NCBI GenBank assembly: GCA_038874595.1
Contig: JAVZCB010000005.1
Location: 1-64,000, forward strand
DNA: 64,000 bases
Source of the DNA: Candidatus Micrarchaeia archaeon
GTDB lineage: Archaea; Micrarchaeota; Micrarchaeia; CAILAH01
Direction: 5' to 3'
A program made the translations under genes and the position numbers. Shown in pieces: positions 8,470 through 19,035 of this stretch. The stretch's first letter is position 1. The number at the start of each line of letters is the position of its first letter. Below the pieces are notes generated by a model, which worked only from the letters and a program-made list of their open reading frames with translations, had not been told where the DNA came from and searched no databases.

Positions 8470-8802
8470 ATGGGAAATGGTTCATCTTTCGTATCAAAAA
8501 ACGATAGTGAGTGGAAAAAGAAATCGGCACGGGCTCTCTTCAATGCTGTAAAGGAGGGGAATGCTGAGCGTGTTGAGGCACTCATCAAAAGGAGCGTCGA
8601 TGTAAATGTCAGGGATAATAATAACAGGACTCCTATCATGCACGCGGTTATGCTGGATAATATAGAAATCGCAAAACTGCTGGTTAAGTACGGCGCAGAT
8701 GTAAATGCAAAGGATATCTACGGAAGGTCGGTGTTACAGCTAGCTGAGGAAGGAAGCGGCTCACTCGTGGAATTCCTGAAAGAGCACGGGGCGGAATATT
8801 AA
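8470..8802 (+). CDS. Ankyrin repeat protein
   Basis: ALFNAVKEGNAERVEALIKRSVDVN; RTPIMHAV...LLVKYGADVNAKDIYGRS. Confidence 0.9.
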   Translation: MGNGSSFVSKNDSEWKKKSARALFNAVKEGNAERVEALIKRSVDVNVRDNNNRTPIMHAVMLDNIEIAKLLVKYGADVNAKDIYGRSVLQLAEEGSGSLVEFLKEHGAEY

Positions 8803-8890
8803 ATCAAGTTTTCATAGTGGGAGGCACACTGGAAACGCGCTTTGAAAACCTTTTAAACAGTAGGAGCCACAAAACATTAGCGGTGTTTGT

Positions 8891-9910
8891 ATGCCAAAAG
8901 AGCTTGTTGAAGAAGAAACAATAGAGGAGTTTAATGCCGCAGAGCTTGATGAGGAAAGGTCTACAAAAAAAAGGCCTAAAACATTGGAGGACCTTCCTGG
9001 GATTGGAAAAGCAACTGCTGAAAAGCTGAGAAGTGCGGGTTATGATTCTTTTGAGAAGATTGCAGCCGCCTCGGCACACGAGCTTAGCACTATTGCTGAG
9101 ATGGGGCTTGAAACTGCAAAAAAAGCAATTGGGGCGGCGCGCGATGCTCTTGAGATGGGGTTTGAGAGTGCCGATGTTATACTTGAGAGGAGAAAAACGA
9201 TTGCTAGGATAAGCACCGGCTCAAAAGAGCTGGATAAGCTCCTTGGTGGGGGTATTGAAACACAGGCAATAACAGAATTTTATGGGAAGTTCTCATCAGG
9301 TAAAAGCCAGGTTGGGTTCCAGCTTGCAGTGAATGTGCAGCTGCCACCTGAGGAAGGTGGCTTGGGCGGCGGGTGCCTGTTCATAGATACTGAATCTACA
9401 TTCAGGCCAGAGAGGATTGTGCAGATGGCTGAGGCAAAGAATATGGACCCACAAGCAGTGCTAAAGAACATCTATGTTGCACGGGCTGTAAATTCAGACC
9501 ATCAAATCCTGCTCGCGGATAAGGCTGCGGACATAATAAAAGAGAAAAACATCAAGCTTATTGTTGTAGACTCAATGATGTCCCAATTCAGGAGTGATTA
9601 TACGGGAAGAGGTGCACTGGGTGAAAGGCAGCAGAAGCTGAATAAGCACCTTCACCAGCTGCAAAAGCTCGCAGATATGTATAATATTGCCGTGTACATA
9701 ACAAACCAGGTGATGGATAAGCCGGATATACTGTTTGGAGATCCTACTGCACCAATAGGGGGTCACGTGCTTGCACATAATGCAACATATAGGGTATACC
9801 TAAGAAAAGGGAAGAACGAGAAAAGGATTGCTAGGCTTGTTGATTCACCAAGCTTGCCGGAAGGGGAGGCAATATTCGGTGTAACTGAAAATGGGATTGA
9901 GGATGTATAA
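8891..9910 (+). CDS. radA: DNA repair and recombination protein RadA
   Basis: N-terminal HhH (LEDLPGIG), Walker [32 protein letters not shown]. Confidence 0.97.
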   Translation: MPKELVEEETIEEFNAAELDEERSTKKRPKTLEDLPGIGKATAEKLRSAGYDSFEKIAAASAHELSTIAEMGLETAKKAIGAARDALEMGFESADVILERRKTIARISTGSKELDKLLGGGIETQAITEFYGKFSSGKSQVGFQLAVNVQLPPEEGGLGGGCLFIDTESTFRPERIVQMAEAKNMDPQAVLKNIYVARAVNSDHQILLADKAADIIKEKNIKLIVVDSMMSQFRSDYTGRGALGERQQKLNKHLHQLQKLADMYNIAVYITNQVMDKPDILFGDPTAPIGGHVLAHNATYRVYLRKGKNEKRIARLVDSPSLPEGEAIFGVTENGIEDV

Positions 9911-9985
9911 TTTTCCCAAATTATGGGCCTTTTAAGGCAGGCGATGGTTGTAGTAAAGAAATTGGGAGTGAGAATGTATAATTTT

Positions 9986-10174
9986 TCACTTTTTTACAAG
10001 GGCGCAGGCCTTAACATTTTCGCTCAGCTCGTTCCAAGTGCTTGAACGCACCTGCAACCGCTTGATTGCTTTTCTATTTATAACCTGCTCACCCGATGGT
10101 GTGTTATAGCACACATCATCATTTATCATCCTTACGAGCATCAAAGCCCCAACTGAGATTTTTTTGTTTGCCAT
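9986..10174 (-). CDS. Small hypothetical protein
   Basis: 62-aa ATG ORF filling an otherwise non-coding gap. Confidence 0.4.
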   Translation of the reverse strand: MANKKISVGALMLVRMINDDVCYNTPSGEQVINRKAIKRLQVRSSTWNELSENVKACALVKK

Positions 10175-10264
10175 ACATTTTTATGGTAATTGTAGTATAT
10201 ATACTTTTCTATAAAGTTCCTTATACACAGAAGCTTTATTATATGTCCATACGTAAATAATATT

Positions 10265-11359
10265 ATGCAAAATCCAAAAATAGATACAAGTTTGCTTATT
10301 AAGATGCCAATCAGCAAGAAAATATCCGAATCCATCAACGCATTGAGTTTGGGCTACCTTGAGCCTAATGATAGCATTCTGGAAAAACTTCAGAGTAAGG
10401 CACAAACCCTCTATGATGTATACAAGTTATCAAAAAGCTTGGTAAAAAGCAAAAACATAAGGCACAAGCTTCTAGGAAGGAGCTATGGGATTTTTGTAAT
10501 GAGATTAACTTGCAGGGAGAACATTGTCATAACACATCCTCAAAAGAGGCAAAACACAAGAAGGTTTTCGGAAAAATCACCTAAGAAATTATTTGAGAGA
10601 TTTGCTGGCACGGAAACATCAACAAGCTCAAAAATTAGGAGTGTCACGCTCAAAGTACTCAACAAAAATTTCAGTGAGAAAGATTTTCAGTCTTTCATAG
10701 AACTGACACAAAGCGCAGGAAAAAAGGTATGCAGGGAAGTAGACCTTCCTTACGCCCCGGATGAAATCCTGGATTGGAAAGAGGAAGTCAAAAACGGCAA
10801 CAGGACAATTATTATTGCAATGCGGGATAACAAGCCGGTTGGCACGCTTTCAATTGTTCCTGGCAGCCTCCCGGTTGTACGTGTAATAAACGGGAACCTT
10901 GACAACAAAATAACCGCAATTGCAGGATATGACATTACAGCTGAATTTGTGCTTCCAGAATACAGGCGGCAGGGAATTTGCAGGAAGATGGAAGAGCGTG
11001 CAGATGAGATTGTTACTGAGAAGGCTGCACAGGGTGAGATGGTATACAAATCAATTTCAACTGGTATGAGGGCATATGAGATTATGGACAGTGTGCTCTC
11101 AGACCTTATGGAGATGCCTAAGGAAGAGATAGAAAACACGCCCACCGTTATTTTGTTCAAGATGTATGCAGACCTTGACGGCAAGAAACTAACGGAAGAA
11201 CACTTAAAAAAGATGAGATATGTTATAGACAAGATAGATATTAACCCATCTGCTACCGCAATTCGCATACTGCTCGATGAAAAGGTAAAGAACGGCAAAG
11301 CTGAGTTTGTGGGGCATTCGGTTGACGGTGCAGAGCCTGTTTACATAATAAAGGGATAA
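10265..11359 (+). CDS. Orphan protein with central GNAT acetyltransferase-like domain
   Basis: Acetyl-CoA-binding motif A-like FVLPEYRRQGIC, preceded by IIIAMRDNKPVGTL. Confidence 0.65.
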   Translation: MQNPKIDTSLLIKMPISKKISESINALSLGYLEPNDSILEKLQSKAQTLYDVYKLSKSLVKSKNIRHKLLGRSYGIFVMRLTCRENIVITHPQKRQNTRRFSEKSPKKLFERFAGTETSTSSKIRSVTLKVLNKNFSEKDFQSFIELTQSAGKKVCREVDLPYAPDEILDWKEEVKNGNRTIIIAMRDNKPVGTLSIVPGSLPVVRVINGNLDNKITAIAGYDITAEFVLPEYRRQGICRKMEERADEIVTEKAAQGEMVYKSISTGMRAYEIMDSVLSDLMEMPKEEIENTPTVILFKMYADLDGKKLTEEHLKKMRYVIDKIDINPSATAIRILLDEKVKNGKAEFVGHSVDGAEPVYIIKG

Positions 11360-11396
11360 TTTTTAGTATAAAGCAGTTGCAATTTACTTACATCAA

Positions 11397-14213
11397 TTAC
11401 CTTAAACCAAAGTATAGGTAATACGTTTCCAGCTGCCCTGCACCATACGCAACTGGAAGGATAATCTCAAAATCAGCTGGCACACCATTGAATGCTGTGC
11501 CTGTTGAATTTACATTTGTGCAAAAGAGCAGATTATTCTTTTGAGGCTGAAGCTTTGTCTTAATTATACAAGTAACGAAGCCTCCCGCTGAACCTGTATC
11601 TGCATAGTAGCAGTTTGTTATGTTCCTGTTGTTTATAGTTATATTGCAGCCTGGCTGCCTAAATGTATTTGAACCTGAGTCAGAAACACTTCCAAAACCC
11701 CATGCAAAATCAATATCTGCTCCTGAAGCACCACGCGCAGAACCTGATAACAAAGAACTGTTTGTTGTAGCACACACAACTCCTCCATCTGCAGCATTCC
11801 AAGACCAACGGTAAACATAATTTGTTATGTCGCCCATAGCACTTGTAAGATATATCTCATTAGTTATGCTACCATAAAGTGCTGCCCACCTGTCTGTAAG
11901 TATGCTTGAACTTAGGTTAAGATCACTTATATTACCTCCCTCTATTTTTATATTGCTGCTTATAATATCGCCTTTCCACCTTTCAAGATTTGTTATGTTC
12001 GTAGCATTTGTATGGAATAGATTTATCGGCGTGCCATTAAAAGCATCCAATACAATAAAAGTATCATTTGCAGTAAGCGTCGTAAATCCCAACTTGGAAC
12101 AGGTAACATTGTATGTGTGATCATCCGGCTGTGTGACATTTATTAACCTAATGTATATGTTTGTGCTTTCAGACATTGTGTATGTGCTACCATTAAAAAG
12201 TGTCAAAATACATGTTGCTCCGCTTATATGTGAGCTGTCAGTTGAATTTGAATAATTGGCTGTGAATGTAATTGTCTGGTTTGAGTATTTTGGGCCGTTA
12301 TTATATATTATCAGATTGGCATTTCCACCATACGCATATCCTGAAAAAGATGCAGCATCAAATAAAAGAATGCCCCCACTACATTTTAAGTTTGAGCAAA
12401 CAGACGGAGGGCATGTGCTCCCACTGGAAGAGATCGTTGATTTTGATATATGAAAATTATCTGCATAAATAAGATTAGTTCTAGTAAAAGAGGCACAATC
12501 GTTAACATACAACTTAACCTTTGACAACGTATTCATTGAAGGCAATTCATCTGAATCAAGAGAAACAAAATCTGGGCGCAAGAAAACTGTCCTACTATTA
12601 GATAATACCCCGTTCGCTGAGCTTATTGAAGGATAATTGATTATGCCTACGCTTTGATTATACCCATAAGTAACATTTGAAATTTCTGCATTTGCATTTG
12701 CAAGAGAAATAAACGTTGACGCGTTTGAATCATAAATAGACATATTATAAAGCTTCACCCCTGAAAGGGCATTCTTTGTTGTGTTAATCTTTACCAAAAA
12801 AAGTTCTGCATTCCCAGAAACTGAGGAATACCCACTCCCAACATAGTTCCCCTCTTTATCAACTGCTACAGAGCTTAAAAAGCTTGAAACACCCATAAGA
12901 TTTCTCCAGTGCCACAAGAGATTTCCGTTAGAGGTTACTTTTATAATGCTCTGTTCAAGGGTGCTTGGGATATAATCATAGCCGGCGATTAGGTAATTGT
13001 TATCCTGATCAACTTTAATATTAGTAAGTGAATCAAACCCTGAACTTGGGTTATACTTCCATACCCATAGCGTTTCACCTTCTGGTGAAATTTTAACAAC
13101 AATCCATTGAGCATTGCCGGGCGTGTAATCATATCCAACAGCAATGTAATTGTTATCTTGATCAACTGTTATGGAATTAAGCGTATCATATCCAGAGCTT
13201 GGATTATATGTCCAATTCCATATTTGTGTTCCAGAAGGGGAGAATTTAAAGACCCTCCATCTCATATTTCCAAGTGCATTATCATACCCGGCAAATACGT
13301 AGTTTCCGTCATGATCAACAGCAACGCTGGTCAAATAATCTGAAGTTGTACTCGGGTTATGTGTCCAACTCCATATTAAACTTCCAGAAGAGGATATCTT
13401 CACAGCCCGAAACTCTAAGTTACCCGGAGCATTATCAATGCCTACTGCAATGTAATTGTTTTCATTATCTACAGCAACCGCTGCAAATCTGTCAGAACCA
13501 CTGCTCGGGTTCTGTGCCCAGCTCCATATGAGCTCTCCCTCCGAAGATATTTTTACCATCCTAAGCTCGTTGTTACCAGGTATGGTATCATAACCAACTG
13601 CAATATAATTGCCTTCTCGGTCAACATCAACATAAACTAAAGAATCATCCCCACTGCTTGGATTAAGCGTCCAGTTCCAAATGCCGGTACCTTTTGGAGA
13701 AAACTTGGACACTAAAAACCTATTATTTCCTAAGCTACCATCATAACCTGCTACTACGTAATTATTGTCCTGGTCAGCACTTACTGAAAAATATATATCA
13801 CTTAGTGAGCTGGGATTGGTTATATAATACCAACTGACATTCCTTGTGTTTTCATTTATGTCAAAAATGCTTATCGCATTGCCAAAATTTTTCAAAACCC
13901 CATTCTTAACAATCGTCCCACTATAACGACTAAAAATTGCATTTCCCAAACCAGTATTACTAATGACTGATCCATTAAGGTCTATCTGGATGTTGCTTTT
14001 GTTAACTACAAATAATGAATATGGGGAGATAGTTGTAAAGTCGCCCTTGCATAATACTACATCATCTATTACATAGAAGGATTTCCCGCTAGTGGAAATA
14101 TTAACCAACTTTCCACTCCACGTATTAGCATTATTTAAATCAACACACGTGGGATAAATACTGGCTATTGCTATAATGTTAAGTAGCAATATAACCAAAC
14201 TACCCCTACACAT
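11397..14213 (-). CDS. Large secreted protein: beta-helix-like segment, 7-repeat beta-propeller, Ig-like domain and C-terminal GGN-W family domain; candidate tip adhesin
   Basis: 938 aa. Signal peptide; seven ~51-aa repeats; C-terminal ~205 aa aligns with 6353-7027 and 48370-48998; no TM anchor. Confidence 0.8.
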   Translation of the reverse strand: MCRGSLVILLLNIIAIASIYPTCVDLNNANTWSGKLVNISTSGKSFYVIDDVVLCKGDFTTISPYSLFVVNKSNIQIDLNGSVISNTGLGNAIFSRYSGTIVKNGVLKNFGNAISIFDINENTRNVSWYYITNPSSLSDIYFSVSADQDNNYVVAGYDGSLGNNRFLVSKFSPKGTGIWNWTLNPSSGDDSLVYVDVDREGNYIAVGYDTIPGNNELRMVKISSEGELIWSWAQNPSSGSDRFAAVAVDNENNYIAVGIDNAPGNLEFRAVKISSSGSLIWSWTHNPSTTSDYLTSVAVDHDGNYVFAGYDNALGNMRWRVFKFSPSGTQIWNWTYNPSSGYDTLNSITVDQDNNYIAVGYDYTPGNAQWIVVKISPEGETLWVWKYNPSSGFDSLTNIKVDQDNNYLIAGYDYIPSTLEQSIIKVTSNGNLLWHWRNLMGVSSFLSSVAVDKEGNYVGSGYSSVSGNAELFLVKINTTKNALSGVKLYNMSIYDSNASTFISLANANAEISNVTYGYNQSVGIINYPSISSANGVLSNSRTVFLRPDFVSLDSDELPSMNTLSKVKLYVNDCASFTRTNLIYADNFHISKSTISSSGSTCPPSVCSNLKCSGGILLFDAASFSGYAYGGNANLIIYNNGPKYSNQTITFTANYSNSTDSSHISGATCILTLFNGSTYTMSESTNIYIRLINVTQPDDHTYNVTCSKLGFTTLTANDTFIVLDAFNGTPINLFHTNATNITNLERWKGDIISSNIKIEGGNISDLNLSSSILTDRWAALYGSITNEIYLTSAMGDITNYVYRWSWNAADGGVVCATTNSSLLSGSARGASGADIDFAWGFGSVSDSGSNTFRQPGCNITINNRNITNCYYADTGSAGGFVTCIIKTKLQPQKNNLLFCTNVNSTGTAFNGVPADFEIILPVAYGAGQLETYYLYFGLR
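12780..13832 (-). repeat. Seven ~51-aa (153-bp) beta-propeller blade repeats
   Basis: Consensus WxWxxNPSSGxDxLxSVxVDxDxNYIxVGYDxxPGNxxxxVxKISxxGxxI, read seven times in the translation. Confidence 0.9.
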
Positions 14214-14304
14214 AAAGAGTAATCAAAGGGAACTTTTATATATATTATATATAAACCCTAAAAAATGAGACATATAAACTACTCAATCTTCAAAATGTGA
14301 GCAT

Positions 14305-15252
14305 ATGAGAACAATAATATTTGGAACTGCTGAAATTCGAAAGGCTGCAAAAATAATCCGAGATGGTGGGCTGGTGGCATTTCCCACCGAAACGGTGTAT
14401 GGGCTAGGTGCAAATGCACTCGATGAAAGAGCCACCAAAAAAATATTTGAGGCAAAAGGAAGGCCCTCTGACAACCCGCTGATCATACACATCGCAAGCA
14501 AGCGGCAATTACACAAGATTGCAAGAATACCTGAAAACAGAAAGGAAATTGTACGAGTGCTCATTAACAAGTTCTGGCCCGGCCCATTAACCTTAATACT
14601 GCCGAAACGAAAGACCGTGCCGAAAACAGTCACCGGCGGCCTTAATACAGTTGCTGTCAGGATGCCAAAAAACAAGATAGCGCTGGAGCTTATTAAAAAA
14701 GCTGGAGTGCCAATCGCCGCACCTTCCGCGAATATATCTGGAAAACCCTCTGGAACTTGTTTTGAGCACGTGCTTGAGGATTTTGATGGGAAAATTGATG
14801 GGATAATAAAATCAAGAAGCTGCAAGATAGGTGTTGAGTCAACTGTGCTTGATTTAACTTCCAGGGTGCCTACAATACTGCGGCCTGGCGGGGTAAACTA
14901 TGAGGAACTGAAAAGGGCAATACCAAAGCTCAAAGTTGCAAAAGGCAGGGGAGGCAAGATAAAATCCCCTGGGATGAAATACAGGCATTACTCACCAAAT
15001 GCAAAAGTCATACTCTTTGAGAAAAACAGCAAGCTGGAGAATTACAAACTGGGCTTAGAAAAGAAAGGAAAAAGAGTTATTGTTATATACCCGGAGAGCT
15101 CATTGAGGTTTTCATGCAGGCTGTTTAAAGTGTTCAGGGAATGTGATAAGAAAAAAATAGATTACATACTCATTCCTGCAATAGAAAAGAAAGGGATTGG
15201 CCTTGCAATAATGAACAGGATAGAGAAAGCTGCTGCCAGCGTTGTAAGATGA
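14305..15252 (+). CDS. sua5: L-threonylcarbamoyladenylate synthase (Sua5)
   Basis: VAFPTETVYGLG, KGRPSDNPLIIH, APSANISG; Sua5 domain PGMKYRHYSP. Confidence 0.96.
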   Translation: MRTIIFGTAEIRKAAKIIRDGGLVAFPTETVYGLGANALDERATKKIFEAKGRPSDNPLIIHIASKRQLHKIARIPENRKEIVRVLINKFWPGPLTLILPKRKTVPKTVTGGLNTVAVRMPKNKIALELIKKAGVPIAAPSANISGKPSGTCFEHVLEDFDGKIDGIIKSRSCKIGVESTVLDLTSRVPTILRPGGVNYEELKRAIPKLKVAKGRGGKIKSPGMKYRHYSPNAKVILFEKNSKLENYKLGLEKKGKRVIVIYPESSLRFSCRLFKVFRECDKKKIDYILIPAIEKKGIGLAIMNRIEKAAASVVR

Positions 15253-15260
15253 ACTGCTCT

Positions 15261-15833
15261 CTACTCCCGCTTATTTATTTTGTAAAGAGCATAACGTATT
15301 ACCCCATCATCCATCATAAACTCCATATCGTTAAGCATCTCAATAAGCAATGGGATTGCTTTCTGGGCTGGGTTTCCTATCCTGCCGAGTGCAATAACAC
15401 CGCATATTTTTGAGTTATAATTATCAGAGGCCCTAATAAAATCAATCAATGGGTCTACGGCTTCGCTGCCTATCATCTCAAATATGTCTGTAAGCCTTGA
15501 AAACTTGGAATCGTTTTTCCCATCTATTCGCAGTATCAATTCCGGAACTGCATACTTTCCTATTTCTGCAAGCCGTTTTTGGGCCTTGCAGTATATGTTT
15601 GGGTCCTGATGATTTAATGACAGGTCGACCAATAAAGGTATAAGCCTTTTCCTGTCTTTCAGGCTAAGCTCTGGAATTCGCATAAGTGCGATTTCCTGAA
15701 ACCTAACATCGCAGTTATTTAACAGCCATTTAATATGCCTAAAACTGGCTTTTCTTTCCAAAGCTTCAAACTCTTCAAAGCTAATGACCTCAAAACACGT
15801 TAGCCCATCTTTCTTTTTTGCTTTTTTAGCCAT
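15261..15833 (-). CDS. HEAT-repeat protein
   Basis: LAEIGKYAVPELI, IGSEAVDPLI, ALGRIGNPAQKAIPLLIEML; GGTGA SD before the ATG at 15833. Confidence 0.8.
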   Translation of the reverse strand: MAKKAKKKDGLTCFEVISFEEFEALERKASFRHIKWLLNNCDVRFQEIALMRIPELSLKDRKRLIPLLVDLSLNHQDPNIYCKAQKRLAEIGKYAVPELILRIDGKNDSKFSRLTDIFEMIGSEAVDPLIDFIRASDNYNSKICGVIALGRIGNPAQKAIPLLIEMLNDMEFMMDDGVIRYALYKINKRE

Positions 15834-15863
15834 AATCTCACCATCATTAAGATACATCTGGAT

Positions 15864-16667
15864 TCAAAACTCCAGTGCCTCATTAATCTTCTTGAACTTT
15901 TTATGTTTTGGGATTTCTTCCCTCATCACCTGTATAAACTCGTTTCTCTCAAGCCTGCTGTTAGCTTCTAGGTAATAGTCAATCTTATTCCATACTTCTT
16001 CAGCTTTTATGAAACCGCTGTAAATAAGCTGGTTAAATGTAATAATTAGGTCATATGCCATCTCATTTAGCATTTTCTTATTGAATTTAACTATCAACGC
16101 CTTCTCCAAATCTATAACTCGTATTTCAAGCATATCATTAGTCTTTAAGAGGTGTTCTTTATCATTAGGATTAGGTATTACTATAAAATTTCCAAGATGC
16201 CCATCCCTGTGTAGTATTATTTCCTTCATGTTGCCAAGGTGCAACTTTCCCATCGCAAACAAAATCCCCTTTAAGATTTTCTCCCTATGGGCATCATTTA
16301 ATTTTGAGGCGTTGAGATTGATTGGAGGTATGCCATCAAAGAACTCCAAAGCGACCAGCCCGCCTGTGGTGTATTCTCCCCTGAGCAAGCCGCCGGCAAT
16401 TGGTGTTATGTCTGTTATCGTTTCTGCTTTAAGGGTCCTTTTGAATTCCTGCTGGGCCTTGTCTGACTGCTTTATAACATAATTGTCAATCCTGGATATT
16501 TGGCGGTTGCCATAAGAAGCAGCATCCAGGTCAATAGAGCATAATCTTGTGCCTATTGCCCCCCTAAAATAATTAAAGAGTAGGTTCCCAACCTCCTGCC
16601 TCCTCAAAGGAGTTTCTATTATGTAGCTCTCATTATTGAGCTTAAACTTGCTTACAACTGTCTCCAT
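15864..16667 (-). CDS. Protein-kinase-like fold protein (Kdo/WaaP- or RIO-like)
   Basis: YVIK lysine, catalytic loop HRDGHLGNF, DFG-equivalent IDLE. Confidence 0.7.
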   Translation of the reverse strand: METVVSKFKLNNESYIIETPLRRQEVGNLLFNYFRGAIGTRLCSIDLDAASYGNRQISRIDNYVIKQSDKAQQEFKRTLKAETITDITPIAGGLLRGEYTTGGLVALEFFDGIPPINLNASKLNDAHREKILKGILFAMGKLHLGNMKEIILHRDGHLGNFIVIPNPNDKEHLLKTNDMLEIRVIDLEKALIVKFNKKMLNEMAYDLIITFNQLIYSGFIKAEEVWNKIDYYLEANSRLERNEFIQVMREEIPKHKKFKKINEALEF

Positions 16668-16729
16668 GTATCTATGTTAAAAAAACCTGCTTAAAAACAT
16701 TTCTATTACTCTTCACAAAAAACCAGGAT

Positions 16730-17515
16730 TCATTTACACAGAAAGAGGCCAACAACAAGCCCTATCATATAACCTATGTAATGTGCAACTGTGTTTACCA
16801 AATAAAATACACCCGGTTGTGGTAACATCACAATGAATGGCAGCGAAAACACAAGAACCGCAGATGCAAAAAAAAGCATTGATCTTAAAATATACTGCTT
16901 GGGGTTACCTGCATGTTTTAGATACTGCTTCCAGATATAAGATAAGATAGTAACTATCGACTTAATGTTAACTGCAATAAGACCTACCAGCACGGCAAGT
17001 ATTATCATAAAGGATAAAGGATAACTTTCAAGCAATTGTGGGTTTGTGAATGCGAGAAGGAAGGTGTTAATGCCCAGAATTATCAAGAGTACTGGAAGGA
17101 TATCCTTAACACCCCAAAAATCGCGCATATGCAGACACACAATGTAAAGGAAGAGGCCGGCGAACGCGGAAGATATTCCTGAAAACCCAAACGCCTCACC
17201 CAGAGGGAGTATCAGCAAGTTGGTTACAGAAATAATTACAGGTACTATAACAAACAGGAAAAATAATAGCTGTGGCGTGATGCGATGAATCTCTCCCATC
17301 AGGGTTAAAGATATGATAATAGCCATATAAACTAAGAGATTTGAGAGGAGATGCTCGAGGGATGTGTGCACATAATTTGATGCAATTATGGATAGAATAT
17401 TTGGGGAGGATATTTTTAATATGAGATAATCTTCCTTCCATTGTTGCGGCATAAGATAGATTGCGAATATGAGGATAGGGATGAAAACCAATAAAACAAC
17501 AGTGTTTGAGTTCAT
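16730..17515 (-). CDS. Rhomboid-family intramembrane serine protease
   Basis: Multi-TM; NYVHTSLEHLLSN, catalytic GFSG, AHYIG. Confidence 0.85.
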   Translation of the reverse strand: MNSNTVVLLVFIPILIFAIYLMPQQWKEDYLILKISSPNILSIIASNYVHTSLEHLLSNLLVYMAIIISLTLMGEIHRITPQLLFFLFVIVPVIISVTNLLILPLGEAFGFSGISSAFAGLFLYIVCLHMRDFWGVKDILPVLLIILGINTFLLAFTNPQLLESYPLSFMIILAVLVGLIAVNIKSIVTILSYIWKQYLKHAGNPKQYILRSMLFFASAVLVFSLPFIVMLPQPGVFYLVNTVAHYIGYMIGLVVGLFLCK

Positions 17516-17568
17516 ATTGGGAAATTTAGCTTAGAAAGAAATAAATTGGGTTTTCCCGTTATGCTGTT

Positions 17569-18678
17569 ATGCACGTACAAACCGGCACTGCCAACCTTCC
17601 CTTACATAATGGAAAAGCACCCAGCTGGCTTTTTGAGAAAATGATTAAATTATCAGGGCTGATTGCGGAGCATATCATAGATGAATATGGAAGCAAGGAA
17701 TTTTTAAGGAGGATTTCTGACCCTTTTTTCTTCCAGGCGCTTGGCTGTGTGGTTGGGTTTGACTGGCATTCAAGCGGGCTTACAACCACAACGTGCGGTG
17801 CACTAAAAGAGTATACAAAAGAAAAAGATATAGGAATCCACGTTGCTGGCGGGAAAGGAAAAGCTTCAAGAAAAACGCTTGATGAGATTGAAAAGAGCGG
17901 AGCGGAAAATACTGAAAGATTAAAATATGCAAGCAGGATCATTGCAAAGATTGACAATTCGGCTGTACAGGATGGTTACCAGTTATACCACCATTGCATA
18001 TTTTTTGATGATAATGGGGAGTATGCTGTGGTGCAGCAGGGACTGAAAGAGGACTCTGGCTATGCGCGCCGGTATCACTGGATTTCAGAGAAAATAAAGG
18101 ATTTTGTAAATGAGCCGCACAGCGGTATTGCCGGGAACTTTGAGTGCGGTGTCCTTGATATGACCTCTAAGAACAATGAGAATGTAAGAAACACGTCAGT
18201 AGACCTGATTAATGATAACCCCATCCACCTGTACAAATATTTTGATAGGCAAAAAACACTCCTGGAATTCTGCAAGGAAGAAGAGGGTGATACCCTGAAC
18301 ATGAGAAAGGGGCATTGGATAAAGGGGTTTGACCTTACTGAAAAAGATAAACAGATATTAAGAAGGGCTTATGAATTGCAGCCGTCAAATTATGAGGAAT
18401 TGATTATGATTGAAGGGATAGGGCCCAAAAAAATCAGGGCGCTGGCCCTAGTATCCGATCTTGTTTATGGGGCAAAAATAACGTGGAGGGACCCTGTTAA
18501 ATACTCGTTTGCGCATGGCGGTAAGGATGGGACACCGTTTCCGGTGGATAAAAAAACGTACAATACTACAATAAGCCTGCTGGAAAATGCACTCTATGGG
18601 GGAGGAGTTGAAAAATTAAAAACGAGGGAATGCATAAGAAAACTGCAGAATATTATTATTCCTAACCAACCCTGCTAA
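17569..18678 (+). CDS. DUF763 family protein
   Basis: LPLHNGKAPSWLF, DPFFFQALG...DWHSSGLTT, SFAHGGKDGTPFPV. Confidence 0.88.
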   Translation: MHVQTGTANLPLHNGKAPSWLFEKMIKLSGLIAEHIIDEYGSKEFLRRISDPFFFQALGCVVGFDWHSSGLTTTTCGALKEYTKEKDIGIHVAGGKGKASRKTLDEIEKSGAENTERLKYASRIIAKIDNSAVQDGYQLYHHCIFFDDNGEYAVVQQGLKEDSGYARRYHWISEKIKDFVNEPHSGIAGNFECGVLDMTSKNNENVRNTSVDLINDNPIHLYKYFDRQKTLLEFCKEEEGDTLNMRKGHWIKGFDLTEKDKQILRRAYELQPSNYEELIMIEGIGPKKIRALALVSDLVYGAKITWRDPVKYSFAHGGKDGTPFPVDKKTYNTTISLLENALYGGGVEKLKTRECIRKLQNIIIPNQPC

Positions 18679-18973
18679 TGAAAATAACAAGCTCCAGCAT
18701 CTCATTTCTCTCCAGTCCTGTAAGAGTAATCCGGTTTTCATTTTGAATCACGTTGAACCCTTTTAATGAAAGCCCTATTATTAATGCAATTGTTGAATCC
18801 ACTCTCTCTTCCAAATCCTTCTCTGATGCCTCTTTTAGGAAATTATGTATTTTTACATACTCCTTATAAAACACACTCCTGTTTGGGTCTATCTCTTTCC
18901 ACTTACCGAACAGCATCCTCCTTTTTGCATTAATTGAAAAATGTGTTACTTTACAGCCGCGTAAATCAAGCAT
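18662..18973 (-). CDS. Hypothetical protein
   Basis: 103-aa ATG ORF filling the gap, with GTGGTG upstream. Confidence 0.55.
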   Translation of the reverse strand: MLDLRGCKVTHFSINAKRRMLFGKWKEIDPNRSVFYKEYVKIHNFLKEASEKDLEERVDSTIALIIGLSLKGFNVIQNENRITLTGLERNEMLELVIFISRVG

Positions 18974-19035
18974 TGCACCACTGCTAAATTATGCCAGGGT
19001 TATGATTTTAAGCATTACCAAAATTATGTTATCTG

